A DNA stretch of 64,000 bases from an uncultured Verrucomicrobiota bacterium (GCA_903838675.1 CAILZI010000111.1:224-64223); one strand, 5' to 3'. Counted from the stretch's first letter, positions 1 through 8,990 are shown. A program made the numbers and translations. Notes: generated by a model not told the origin, from the sequence alone.

Positions 1-1
1 G

Positions 2-400
2 TATGAAAACCTCGCGGCATTTCGCTTCGCGCTGCGGAAGTTTCTGCGTTTCAGTGAAGATGCTGCGGGCGCGGCAGGACTCACGCCGCAGCAGCATCAG
101 GCGCTGCTGGCCATCAAGGGATTTCCTGGGCGCGACCACGTCACGGTGGGGGAGCTCGCCGAACGTCTGCAGATCAAGCCGCACAGCGCCGTGGGGCTGA
201 TCGACCGGCTGGTGCTGGAGAACTTGGTGGAACGCGATGCTTCTGCGAAGGACCGGCGGCAGGTGCGCATTCGCCTCACCTCCCGCGGGGAGGGCATGCT
301 GGAAGAGCTGTCCGCGATGCATCGGGAGCAACTGCGGCTGATCGGGCCCGAATTGAGCGCTTTGCTTCAGCGCCTGGGGCAGGGGGACGTTTTGTCTTGA
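2..400 (+). CDS. MarR-family transcriptional regulator, 5' truncated by the window edge
   Basis: Frame is open from base 2 (YENLAAFRFALRKFLRFSE...GLTPQQHQALLAI...TVGELAERL...DRRQVRIRLTSRG), a winged-helix MarR pattern; TGA at 398-400. Confidence 0.85.
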   Translation, partial: YENLAAFRFALRKFLRFSEDAAGAAGLTPQQHQALLAIKGFPGRDHVTVGELAERLQIKPHSAVGLIDRLVLENLVERDASAKDRRQVRIRLTSRGEGMLEELSAMHREQLRLIGPELSALLQRLGQGDVLS

Positions 401-431
401 GCGAGTCGGGACTTTCCCTGGTCGCTGCCGG

Positions 432-1958
432 CTACTTCCAAAACTTTTCCACTGCCGCTACTAGGCCGGGGATGCTGTTTTCCTTGGCTTCGACATCGAC
501 CTTGAGGCCGCGGGCCTTGATGGCGGCACTGGTGACGGGGCCGATGCTGGCGATCTTGATGCCGGCAGGGAGGGGGACTTTGAGGTTGAGGAAGTGCTCG
601 ACGGTGGAGGCGCTGGTGAAGGTGATCATGTCGGCGCCTTCTTCTTTCAGGCGGGCGAGGGCATCGAGGTTGTCCTCGGTCTCGCCGATGGTGCGGTAGG
701 CTTCGCATTCATCGACGATGGCCCCCATGCCTGCGAGTTCGTTGGCAATGACTTCACGTGTTTCCTGTGCACGTACCCAGAGGACCTTCACGTTTTCCAT
801 GTCCTGATGGTCTTTGAAAGCTTTGACGAGGCCTTCGGCGACGTAGTTCTTTTTGTCGGGCATGAGATCCACGGCGAGGTGGCGGGCCTTCACTTTTTCT
901 GCGGTGCCGGGTCCGATGCAGGCGATGCGCACGCCGCCGATGCTGCGGGCGTCGTTGTAGAGCTTGTCGAACATGGTGAAGAAGGCGTCCACGCCGTTCG
1001 GGCTGGTGAAGATGATCCAGTCGTAGGTATGGCAGTCCTGAACGAGCTCGCCGAAGGACAACTGATCTTCCACAGGGGCGATGCGGATGGTGGGAAGCTC
1101 GATGACATTGGCACCGAGTACGGAGAGCTGCTTGCTCAGCACGCTGGCCTGGGCGCGGGTGCGGGTGACGACGATCTTTTTGCCAAAGAGCGGGCGGTCT
1201 TCAAACCAGTTCAACTGCGGGCGCTCGGTGACGACGTCGCCAATCACGGCAACGGCGGGGGCTTTGAAGCCTGCGGCCTTCACCTTGGCAGCGATGTCGC
1301 TCAGGGTGCCGACGAGTGTCTGCTGGTGGCTGTGGGTGGCCCAGCGCACAAGGGCGACGGGGGTTTCTGGTTTCGCGCCGTGCTTGAGGAATTCGCGGGT
1401 GATTTCCTCAATGCGCTCCACGCCCATGAGGAAGACCTTGGTGCCGTCTGCCTGGGCGAGCTTGGCGTAGTTGAGCGAGGTATCAGGCTTGGTGGGGTCT
1501 TCGTGGCCGGTGAAAATGGTGAGTTGGGAGGCGTGGGAGCGATGCGTGACCGGAATGCCGGCGTAGGCTGGCCCGGCGATGGCGGAGGTGATGCCGGGGA
1601 CGATTTCAAACTTCACGCCGGCTTCGTAGAGCTCGGCTGCTTCTTCGGCGCCACGGCCAAAGAGGACGGGATCACCGCCCTTCAGGCGCGTGACGGTTTT
1701 GCCTTCGGTGGTTAGCTTGACGATGAGTTTGTTGATCTCTTCCTGTGACAGCGTGTGGTCGCCCGCCTTCTTGCCCACGTAGATGCTGGCGGCACCGTCC
1801 TTGGCGTAGCGGAGGTGCTCTGGGTTGCAGAGATAGTCGTAAACGAGCACGTCGGCGGCCTCGATGCATTCCTTCCCCTTAAGCGTGAGAAGTCCGGGAT
1901 CGCCGGGACCGGCGCCGACGAGGTAACAGATGCCAGGGGTGATTTTCTTGGTGGCCAT
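432..1958 (-). CDS. cobA/hemD: Fused uroporphyrinogen-III C-methyltransferase / uroporphyrinogen-III synthase
   Basis: N-terminal YLVGAGPGDPGLLTLKG, RLKGGDPVLFGRG and VPGITSA (CobA/CysG methyltransferase); C-terminal KKIVVTRTRAQA, IIFTSPNGV and ITFTSASTV (HemD). Start moved to ATG 1958 (MATKK). Confidence 0.95.
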   Translation of the reverse strand: MATKKITPGICYLVGAGPGDPGLLTLKGKECIEAADVLVYDYLCNPEHLRYAKDGAASIYVGKKAGDHTLSQEEINKLIVKLTTEGKTVTRLKGGDPVLFGRGAEEAAELYEAGVKFEIVPGITSAIAGPAYAGIPVTHRSHASQLTIFTGHEDPTKPDTSLNYAKLAQADGTKVFLMGVERIEEITREFLKHGAKPETPVALVRWATHSHQQTLVGTLSDIAAKVKAAGFKAPAVAVIGDVVTERPQLNWFEDRPLFGKKIVVTRTRAQASVLSKQLSVLGANVIELPTIRIAPVEDQLSFGELVQDCHTYDWIIFTSPNGVDAFFTMFDKLYNDARSIGGVRIACIGPGTAEKVKARHLAVDLMPDKKNYVAEGLVKAFKDHQDMENVKVLWVRAQETREVIANELAGMGAIVDECEAYRTIGETEDNLDALARLKEEGADMITFTSASTVEHFLNLKVPLPAGIKIASIGPVTSAAIKARGLKVDVEAKENSIPGLVAAVEKFWK

Positions 1959-2059
1959 GGTGGGAAGGGGGCGTACAAGGTGTCGAAACCATGGCACACC
2001 GCAAGGATGGATGATGGTTTCGCTTTTACTGATCGATGGGTGAGGTTAAATCGTTAAGG

Positions 2060-3031
2060 ATGCCATCTGTGCCTGCCATCCTCTTAAATCTGCCTGCTGC
2101 CTGTGATCCTGCCGAACCGGTGCTGCTGGCAATCTCAGGCGGGCGGGACTCCGTGGCGCTGCTGCACCTGCTGCGGGAGGCGGGATACACCCAGCTCATT
2201 CTCTGCCACTTGAACCACGGTTTGCGCGGCAAGGAATCGATCGACGATGCGGCGTTTGTGCGGCGGCTGGCGAAGAAGCTGGGGCTGAAATGCGAGATCG
2301 AGACGGAAGACGTGGCAGCGCTGGCGGAAAAAAGCCGTACTTCGACTGAGACGGCCGCCCGAGAGGCACGGCATGCGTTTTTGCTGCGAATGGCGGAGAA
2401 ATATGACGTGTGGGTCGTCCTGCTCGCGCATCATGCCGAGGATCAGGTGGAGACGATTTTTGCGAATCTTTGCCGTGGCAGCGGCCTGGCCGGAGTGGCG
2501 GGCATGCATGCGGTGCAGAGGCTGGATACGGGCCTGCATCTGGTGCGGCCATTGCTGCAAGTCCGGCGCAGCGAGATCGATGCCTATCTCAAATCAAAGC
2601 GCTTCAAGTTCCGGGAGGACTCCAGCAACACCTCGCCAAAACACCGCCGCAACCGGCTGCGGCATGAGGCGCTGCCACTGCTGAACGATATTTTTGCCCG
2701 TGACGTGGTGCCGCAGGTGCTGCGGCTGGGATCACTGGCTGAGCAAGATGATGACGCACTGCACCGGCAGGCGCTGGCGTTTCTGACGGCGGAAGGGCAG
2801 GTGAAGGATGATCGCTCGTTGGTGGTGACGCCGGAACTGCTGGCGCTGCATCCGGCGGTGTCGTCACGCGTGTTTGCGCTCTGGCTGCGCGAGGCGTGGG
2901 AACTGCCGGGCATCGAGCATGATGTCATTGAAGCGGCGATGGAAATGCTGGCCCCGGATGGTGCGGCCAAGATCAACTTGCCCGGAGACAAGCACCTGCG
3001 CCGCAAGGCAAAGCGGATGTGGGTGGAGTAA
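2060..3031 (+). CDS. tilS: tRNA(Ile)-lysidine synthetase
   Basis: PP-loop AISGGRDS, HLNHGLRG, AHHAEDQVET, RPLL, EDSSN, RNRLRH. Start is either ATG 2036 or 2060. Confidence 0.93.
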   Translation: MPSVPAILLNLPAACDPAEPVLLAISGGRDSVALLHLLREAGYTQLILCHLNHGLRGKESIDDAAFVRRLAKKLGLKCEIETEDVAALAEKSRTSTETAAREARHAFLLRMAEKYDVWVVLLAHHAEDQVETIFANLCRGSGLAGVAGMHAVQRLDTGLHLVRPLLQVRRSEIDAYLKSKRFKFREDSSNTSPKHRRNRLRHEALPLLNDIFARDVVPQVLRLGSLAEQDDDALHRQALAFLTAEGQVKDDRSLVVTPELLALHPAVSSRVFALWLREAWELPGIEHDVIEAAMEMLAPDGAAKINLPGDKHLRRKAKRMWVE

Positions 3032-3067
3032 CGAGGCTGAAGGCATCAACTCGCTCTGGGACTTCCA

Positions 3068-3083
3068 GAACGAGCTGAAGTTC
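3068..3083. repeat. Copy of a short dispersed GAACGA(G/A)CT-(G/A)AAG element
   Basis: gaacgagctgaagttc resembles 5537-5554 and 10793-10811; all three lie between convergent genes. Confidence 0.35.
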
Positions 3084-3095
3084 CAGCAGTCAATC

Positions 3096-4061
3096 TCAGC
3101 CGAGCGGATCATTGACGATGGCTAGAGCATGGCTGCCCACGCTGTAGGTCACATCGGTGATGCCGATGACGGAGCGGAGTTTGCCGGGCTCCACTGTGAG
3201 CGGGCCGGGCTTGGGCGCGCTGCCGGGCGCGGGCTGGGGGAAGGCGGTGGACATGCCGGTGTGGAAGGTGACGCTGCCTTCCACTTTCTGCAGCGCCTGA
3301 TGAATGTGGCCATTGAGCACGGTGACGGAGCCAAAGCGCTTGAGCAGGCCCAGAGCGCGTTCGCCATCGGTGGTGCCCCAGCCCCATTGCTCATAGACCA
3401 TCCAGAGCGGGATGTGGGCGAAGAGGACGACAGGCGTGCTGTCTTTGACGGCACGAAGGTCGTCCTCCATTCAGGCAAGCTGTTCCTCGCCAAGCTGGCC
3501 TAGGCGGCCTTCACGTTGCAGCATCACGTTGTTCAAGCCGATGAAGTGGGTGCCTTTGTGGTCGAAGCTGAACCAGCCGTGGCCCTTGGTGCTTTTGCCG
3601 AAGCGCTCAAGGTAGAGCTTGCCGTGGGCCTCCATCACATCGTGCTCGCCGGGGACGTAAAAGATCTGCTTGGTTTTGCAGCCCTTGAGGATTTGCTCAA
3701 GCGTGTCGAATTCCTCGGCTTCGGAGAGGTGGGTGAGATCCCCGGTGTGGAGGATGAAATCGGGAGCCACGGGGAGGGCGTTGATTTTATCGACTGCGGC
3801 CTGCAGCGTGCCGAGTACATCTTTGTTGGCCTCCTTGCTGAAGCCGATGTGGCTGTCGCTGATCTGGACGAAGCTGAAGTCAGCGCCGCTGACAACGGGA
3901 GCGTCTGCCGCATGTGCGCCCGCTGGCGAGAGGATACTGGAGGCCACCACGCCGCCCACGGCATTGAAGAGCACGCCGGTGCCGGCCCAGGCCATGCAGT
4001 TGAGGAAGCCGCGGCGGTCGATGCCGTCGTTGGTTTGATTTTGGAGCAGGATTTTGTTCAT
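3096..4061 (-). pseudogene. Tat-exported calcineurin-like metallophosphoesterase interrupted by one in-frame TGA (3471-3473)
   Basis: ORFs 3471-4061 and 3096-3470 are in the same frame (GEEQLA-TGA-MEDDL). Motifs DRRGFL (Tat), QISDSH, HTGDL and PGEHD are in the first half; FAHIP and NGHIH are in the second. Confidence 0.8.
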
Positions 4062-4096
4062 GTTTTTGTGGGTGTCGGTTTGGATTGACATGAGCC

Positions 4097-4125
4097 CAAC
4101 CAGCGTCGGCATTGGTTTATTCCCG
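4097..4125 (-). promoter_or_regulatory. Putative ECF-sigma promoter for the phosphoesterase (GGAATAAA-N15-GTTG)
   Basis: CGGGAATAAAC on the minus strand at 4115-4125 is identical to the plus-strand copy at 4146-4156, with the same 15-nt spacing to a GT(C/T) element. Confidence 0.6.
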
Positions 4126-4145
4126 TGCCAAAATTCTTTTTGGGG

Positions 4146-4174
4146 CGGGAATAAACTTATCCCTGCCGAAGTCT
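4146..4174 (+). promoter_or_regulatory. Putative autoregulatory ECF-sigma promoter (GGAATAAA-N15-GTCT)
   Basis: cgggaataaac ttatccctgccgaa gtct lies just upstream of the sigma gene; it is mirrored on the other strand. Confidence 0.6.
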
Positions 4175-4195
4175 GGAACCGAAAGCCCCTCGCTT

Positions 4196-4726
4196 GTGGA
4201 ACTCCGAATCGATCCCTTTGAACATACCATCCTCCCCCATCTGGATGCCGCCTACAACCTGGCGCGCTGGCTGGCGGGCAATGAGCATGATGCGCAAGAC
4301 ATCGTGCAAGAGTCGTGCCTGCGTGCGGTGAAGTTCTTTGAGGGATTTCGCGGCGGCAATCCGCGTGCCTGGCTGCTCACCATTGTGCGCAACACCAGCT
4401 ACACCTGGCTGAAGAAACGAGGCGCTGCCCACATGCATGCCAGCATCGACGATGAGGAATTCGAACTGGAAGATGTGGCGGCGAATCCGCAGCAGTTGGA
4501 AATGGCGATGGACTATGTCGAGCGCATGAGGGCGGCCATTGATCAACTGCCGCCGGAGTTCCGCGAGGTCATCGTACTGCGCGAAATGGAAGAGTATTCC
4601 TACAAGGAGATCGCCGACATTGCCGCAGTTCCCATCGGAACGGTGATGTCGCGACTGGCACGGGGACGCCAGCAACTGCGCATGATTCTCTGCGCTGAAA
4701 CCCAGACTGAGGGAGGACAACCATGA
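4196..4726 (+). CDS. ECF RNA polymerase sigma-70 factor
   Basis: LPHLDAAYNLARWL...DAQDIVQESCLRA (region 2) and REVIVLREMEEYSYKEIADIAAVPIGTVMSRLARGR (region 4). GTG 4196 preferred because it lies downstream of the predicted promoter. Confidence 0.92.
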   Translation: MELRIDPFEHTILPHLDAAYNLARWLAGNEHDAQDIVQESCLRAVKFFEGFRGGNPRAWLLTIVRNTSYTWLKKRGAAHMHASIDDEEFELEDVAANPQQLEMAMDYVERMRAAIDQLPPEFREVIVLREMEEYSYKEIADIAAVPIGTVMSRLARGRQQLRMILCAETQTEGGQP

Positions 4727-5490
4727 ACTGCCAAGAAACACAACACTGGCTCTCCGCCTATTGCGATGGTGAACTGCCGATGCCGCTGACACTTGAGATC
4801 GAGCGGCATTTTGGCGGCTGCCAGAACTGTGCGCTGATGAGGGATAACAGCACGCTCATGAGCAAGCGCCTACGTGCCGCAGCCTTCACGGTACCTGAGG
4901 GGCTGAGGCAGAGTGTGCGTGCCGCTGTGCAGCCGCAGGCCCAAGCCGCACGCGTCGTCCGGCCAGGCCGCAATTGGTGGACGGGCATTGCTGCCGCTGC
5001 TGCCATTGTCATCGCTGCCTTCCTGGTGCAGACGCATGACCGTGCGCAGGACAAGCGCCTGCTGTTGAGTGAAGTCACTGACAGCCACATTCGCTCGCTC
5101 ATCGGCGATCATTTGGTCGATGTCGCCTCATCGGACAAGCACACCGTGCGTCCGTGGTTTGAGGGCAAAGTGGACTTTGCACCCGCAGTGCCGGACCTAT
5201 CCGCGCAGGGATTTAAAACCATTGGCGGAAGGCTCGACTACATTGGCGGTCATTCGGCTGCCGCGCTTGTGTATCAATGCCGCAAGCACTACATCAGCCT
5301 GCTTCTCTGGCCTGCCGGGGTGGATGAGAATGCCTCATCGGGCATTCAATCTGAGGCAGCGCAGCGGGGCTACAGCATCGTGCGCTGGAACGCGGGAGGG
5401 CTGTGCTACTGGGCCATTTCAGAGATCAGTCAGGAGGATCTGAAGTCCTTTGCAAAAGCTTTTCAGGGAGAGGTCGGAGGCGTGCAATAA
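4723..5490 (+). CDS. Membrane anti-sigma factor with N-terminal zinc-finger (H-x3-C-x2-C)
   Basis: ATGA overlap with the sigma gene; LSAYCDGEL...RHFGGCQNC, one TM helix (WWTGIAAAAAIVIAAFLV), periplasmic DVASSDKHTVRPWFEGKVDFAP domain. Confidence 0.88.
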   Translation: MNCQETQHWLSAYCDGELPMPLTLEIERHFGGCQNCALMRDNSTLMSKRLRAAAFTVPEGLRQSVRAAVQPQAQAARVVRPGRNWWTGIAAAAAIVIAAFLVQTHDRAQDKRLLLSEVTDSHIRSLIGDHLVDVASSDKHTVRPWFEGKVDFAPAVPDLSAQGFKTIGGRLDYIGGHSAAALVYQCRKHYISLLLWPAGVDENASSGIQSEAAQRGYSIVRWNAGGLCYWAISEISQEDLKSFAKAFQGEVGGVQ

Positions 5491-5536
5491 GCAGCCGAGT
5501 ATACAGCTCGGTCTGGGTGAAGCGTACGCGCCTTCC

Positions 5537-5554
5537 GGAACGAGCTAAAGCTCG
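5537..5554. repeat. Copy of the short dispersed GAACGAGCT-AAAG-CTCG palindromic element
   Basis: ggaacgagctaaagctcg contains the hairpin cgagc-taaa-gctcg; it lies in a convergent intergenic gap. Confidence 0.4.
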
Positions 5555-5569
5555 AGAGTACTTTATGGC

Positions 5570-6805
5570 TCAGCCTTCCAGCGTGTGGACGAATAGGCCG
5601 CTGCGGAGCTTGGGTTCAAACCAGGTGCTCTTAGGGGGCATGATCTGGCCGACGTCGGAGATGGCCATGAGTTGATCGACGGTGGTGGGGAACATGGAGA
5701 AGGCCACGGTGTGCTCCTTGGCATTTACCAATTTTTCCAGTTCAGCCGTGCCACGGATGCCTCCGATGAAGTCGATGCGCTTGCTGGTGCGCGGGTCGTC
5801 GATGCCGAGGATCGGCTTGAGCAGGCGGTCCTGGAGGATGCTGACGTCGAGCTGTTCGATGGGGCTGGCATCCTTGGCGGGCTCCCAGTTAAGCTCATAC
5901 CACTGGTCCTTGAGGTACATGCAGCACTGGCCGGGTTTGGTGGGGGACTTGAGGGTGGTGGGCTTGATGGTGAAGACTTCGCCGACCTTCTTGAGAAACT
6001 CCTCGCGGTCGTTGCAGTTGAGATCTTTGACCGCGCGGTTGTAGGGAAGGATTTTGAGTTCGTTGCCGGGGAAGAGCACGCTGAGGAACCAGTTGTAGTT
6101 TTCCTCGCCTGTGTGGTTCGGGTTGGCCTCGCGGCGCAGCTTGCTGACGCGGAAGGCGCTGGCGGCGCGGTGGTGGCCATCGGCGACGTAGGCGCAGGGA
6201 ACCTGGCTTTCAAACAGGCCGGTCAAGGACACGCAGAGGCCGAGCGAGATGCGCCAGAGCTGATGGCGCACGCCATCGGGGGCGGTGAAGTCGTTGATGG
6301 GCTTCTCGGTCTTCATGAAGCTTTCGATCAGAGCGCTGATGCCGGGACGCTGGCGGTAGGTGAGGAAAATGGGGCCGGTGTTGGCATTGAGGGCATCGAC
6401 GAGATTGGTGCGGTCGTCCTCTTTGTCCTGGCGGGTCTTCTCGTGCTTCTTGATGATGTCCTTCTCGTAGTCCTCGGTGTGGCAGACGGTGACGAGGCCG
6501 GTCTGGCTGTGGCCGGCGATGACCTGGCGGTAAAGGTACATGCAGGGCTTGGCCTCGCGGACGAGGATGCCATCCTTCTGCAGGCGGTCGAAGTTTTCGC
6601 GGGCCTTGGCGTAAACGGGGGCGGAATAGGGATCGATTTCAGGATCGAGATCGATTTCGGCGCGGTCCACATGCAGGAGGCTGAAGGGCTTGCCCTTGGC
6701 CAGGGCGGCGGCTTCCTCCCGGTTCACCACGTCGTAAGGAACGGCGGCGACTTCGGGGGCGTTTTTCTGGGTGGGGACGAGACCTTTGAATGAGCGGATG
6801 CGCAT
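5570..6805 (-). CDS. DUF1015 family protein
   Basis: PYDVV, HEKTR, YVADGHHR, IDFIGG and C-terminal MPPKSTWFEPKLRSGL are typical of DUF1015. Confidence 0.88.
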   Translation of the reverse strand: MRIRSFKGLVPTQKNAPEVAAVPYDVVNREEAAALAKGKPFSLLHVDRAEIDLDPEIDPYSAPVYAKARENFDRLQKDGILVREAKPCMYLYRQVIAGHSQTGLVTVCHTEDYEKDIIKKHEKTRQDKEDDRTNLVDALNANTGPIFLTYRQRPGISALIESFMKTEKPINDFTAPDGVRHQLWRISLGLCVSLTGLFESQVPCAYVADGHHRAASAFRVSKLRREANPNHTGEENYNWFLSVLFPGNELKILPYNRAVKDLNCNDREEFLKKVGEVFTIKPTTLKSPTKPGQCCMYLKDQWYELNWEPAKDASPIEQLDVSILQDRLLKPILGIDDPRTSKRIDFIGGIRGTAELEKLVNAKEHTVAFSMFPTTVDQLMAISDVGQIMPPKSTWFEPKLRSGLFVHTLEG

Positions 6806-6835
6806 GGGGCGGGATAAGGCGAGGGGGGGCGGTTG

Positions 6836-6871
6836 TCAATCCGCACTCTTGGGCGGATTTGCTTCGTGATT
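6836..6871 (-). other. Orphan diverged copy of the last 11 codons plus stop of the cbiX-like gene
   Basis: Reads NHEANPPKSAD* versus NHEANAAKSAV* at 7423-7458; 26/36 nt identical, 5 differences synonymous. Confidence 0.7.
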
Positions 6872-6947
6872 CCGAACAATGCAAGGCATACTGGGGCAGA
6901 GCCTCAAGGGGCTGGTAAAAATGACTTAGATGAGGTATGAATGACTC

Positions 6948-7376
6948 GTGGACGACGACCTGGTGTTTTCAGAAAACGAAAGACCGCGCTACCTGCTGCC
7001 GGAAGGCTGCAAGGACCTTTATGACGTGATTCGGATGCAAGAGCGGGATGCCGCCATTGAAAAGGAGAGGGCTGCCATCCGTTCCAGTGCTCTTGAAAAA
7101 TATGCCAGCAAGGAAATGGAAGATCCCATGAGCACTTTGGCGCAGCTTGCGGAAGCCTTTGAAAAGCACCTCGGTGCGCCCGCCAAGGAATTGCCTCAAT
7201 GTATCGCGATTCCAATACCCGTGACCGTTGGTGAGCTGGCTGGCCTGCTTTTTATGCAGCCTTTCAAGATCATTTCTTTGCTGATTAAGCTCAAAATCTT
7301 TGCCAGCAAAGATTCAGAGATCAGCTACGAAACCGCTTCCAAAATTTGCGCTTTCTTTGGAGTGGCGGTGAAATAG
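6948..7376 (+). CDS. Small protein with a C-terminal IF2 N-terminal (IF2_N-like) domain
   Basis: IPIPVTVGELAGLLFMQPFKIISLLIKLKIFASKDSEISYETASKICAFFG matches the IF2_N pattern (xTVxELAxxL...IIxxLxxL...IxxETAxxIxxxFG); visibly AT-richer than its flanks. Confidence 0.7.
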   Translation: MDDDLVFSENERPRYLLPEGCKDLYDVIRMQERDAAIEKERAAIRSSALEKYASKEMEDPMSTLAQLAEAFEKHLGAPAKELPQCIAIPIPVTVGELAGLLFMQPFKIISLLIKLKIFASKDSEISYETASKICAFFGVAVK

Positions 7377-7422
7377 CCATGCGAATCCTTAAACTGACTG
7401 CTTCAGAGATAGGTCATTCTTT

Positions 7423-8898
7423 TCAAACAGCACTCTTCGCAGCATTCGCCTCATGGTTCTCCCGAGCCAACTTGCGTGCCGCAGAGACGACGTGGGTGCA
7501 GGCCTCAATGCAGAGCAGGGGCATGGCGTTGAGGGCGTGATTGGGCTGCGTTTTGGCAGCGGCCGCTCCGGCCATGGGCTGGGTGGGGGTGAGGGGCCAG
7601 AGGATGCGGCGGAGGCATTTGGTATTGGCGCAGGTTTTGCCGATCAGTGCGTGGGCCTGATCATCGGTGATGGTGTTGACGAAGCGATACATGCCGGTCT
7701 GGCGGCCGAGGAGGTCGCGCAGGGGGACGGCGGCGAGCTTTTCCTGCCCCAGTGCACGAGCCAGGCCGATGGCGGCGGGGTAGAAGAAATCGAGCGCGAG
7801 GCGCAGTTCGTCGAGATCGGCGAGATCGAGACGCCAGCCGCGATTTAGGGTGGGCGCGGAATGCAGGGGGCGGAAGGTGCCGCTGGCATCGTTTCGCGCG
7901 ATGAAGAGGGCATCGTGCGCTTCATGGTGGACCTGGAGATCCTCTTGGCCGCGATCGGCGATATGGCAGAGCGAATAGGTGCCATCGTCATTGGTGGCGA
8001 TGAGGATCTCTCCGATCTCATCGAGGCCTGAGTTCAACCAGTAGGCTAGGGAGGATTTCACCTCGTCGTTCGGCATGCCTTTTTTGTCCTTCACCTGATG
8101 CTTGGCATCGAAGTCGTGCACCTGATCGAGGATGACGTCTGCCATGAGAGGCTCGGTGCCGATGGCACCGCTGTAGTAGATCTGACGGCCTTGGAGCTGA
8201 TGCGGGTTTTGATGAAAGACGCCGATCTCGCTGAGCGCGGCACCGACTTCTTCGCGCATGCCGAGGAGGACGGGGATGTCCTGAAAGCTATGGAGGCCAT
8301 CGGCAATGAAGAAGGGGACGACGACGACATTCGGAGCTGTGGTGAGTTTGGCCCATTCAGCGACGAGGGGGGCTTCCTCCATGTAGGCGTCGATGACTTC
8401 GGCGAAGCCGTAGTGGCCGCTGCGAATGAGGACTACTTGATCCTGGATGGCCTTGGTGGAGTTCTCGTTCAGACTGGTGCCGTGGCCGACGATGACGAGG
8501 CTGGTCTGCTCGCGTGGCACATGGGGTGCGACTTCATCGGCACGCTGGATGAGGAGGCGCGTCATGTTGGGGTGGACGCCCACGGGATCGCAGTAGTGGA
8601 TCGTTTTGCCATCGCGGTGCGTGGTGGGGCCGTCGAGCTGGAGTTCACGCGGGAGCACCTGCTGGCAGAAGTAGCCTTCGCTGATGAAATTCGGGACGAT
8701 GTAGATGACCTCGCTGTCCACCATCTCGTACACTTCGCGCATGTTGGGCTCCTCTTTCCAGAAGCAGCAGACGACCTCGCGGAAGAGGCCGCGGCGGCGG
8801 ATGGAGTCGGCGTGCAGGTGAGTCGGGGCGCTGGAGTCCGGATTCGTGGTGGAACCGTGACCGACGATGATGAGGGCTGCGTGGGAGTAAGAGCTCAA
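7423..8898 (-). CDS. Tandem CbiX/SirB chelatase domains fused to a DR2241-like, Cys-containing C-terminal region
   Basis: Two chelatase repeats (LIIVGHGS...CCFWKEEP; LVIVGHGT...AYMEEAP...VVPFFIADGLHS), then LGRQTGMYR...CANTKCLRRILW...LCIEAC. TTG start. Confidence 0.8.
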   Translation of the reverse strand: MSSYSHAALIIVGHGSTTNPDSSAPTHLHADSIRRRGLFREVVCCFWKEEPNMREVYEMVDSEVIYIVPNFISEGYFCQQVLPRELQLDGPTTHRDGKTIHYCDPVGVHPNMTRLLIQRADEVAPHVPREQTSLVIVGHGTSLNENSTKAIQDQVVLIRSGHYGFAEVIDAYMEEAPLVAEWAKLTTAPNVVVVPFFIADGLHSFQDIPVLLGMREEVGAALSEIGVFHQNPHQLQGRQIYYSGAIGTEPLMADVILDQVHDFDAKHQVKDKKGMPNDEVKSSLAYWLNSGLDEIGEILIATNDDGTYSLCHIADRGQEDLQVHHEAHDALFIARNDASGTFRPLHSAPTLNRGWRLDLADLDELRLALDFFYPAAIGLARALGQEKLAAVPLRDLLGRQTGMYRFVNTITDDQAHALIGKTCANTKCLRRILWPLTPTQPMAGAAAAKTQPNHALNAMPLLCIEACTHVVSAARKLARENHEANAAKSAV

Positions 8899-8990
8899 GA
8901 AAGTGAGAAGTGGTGTGTCTGGTTCGTCCTCGTCCTCTTACTCGAACTCGAACTCGATCACGGCGTGTGCGCAGGCTGAGGCGATACGGA

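Noticed and set aside
594-1715. Long antisense ORFs (e.g. 594-1715, 5672-6793, 33279-35201, 43230-44246, 50974-52755, 62758-63957)
   Set aside because: They are shadows of well-supported genes on the opposite strand, as expected from high-GC codon bias; no recognisable motifs.
3471-3473. UGA recoding (genetic code 4 or selenocysteine) in the phosphoesterase
   Set aside because: Many genes here end in TGA, and the expected residue is Trp, not Cys; no clear SECIS seen.
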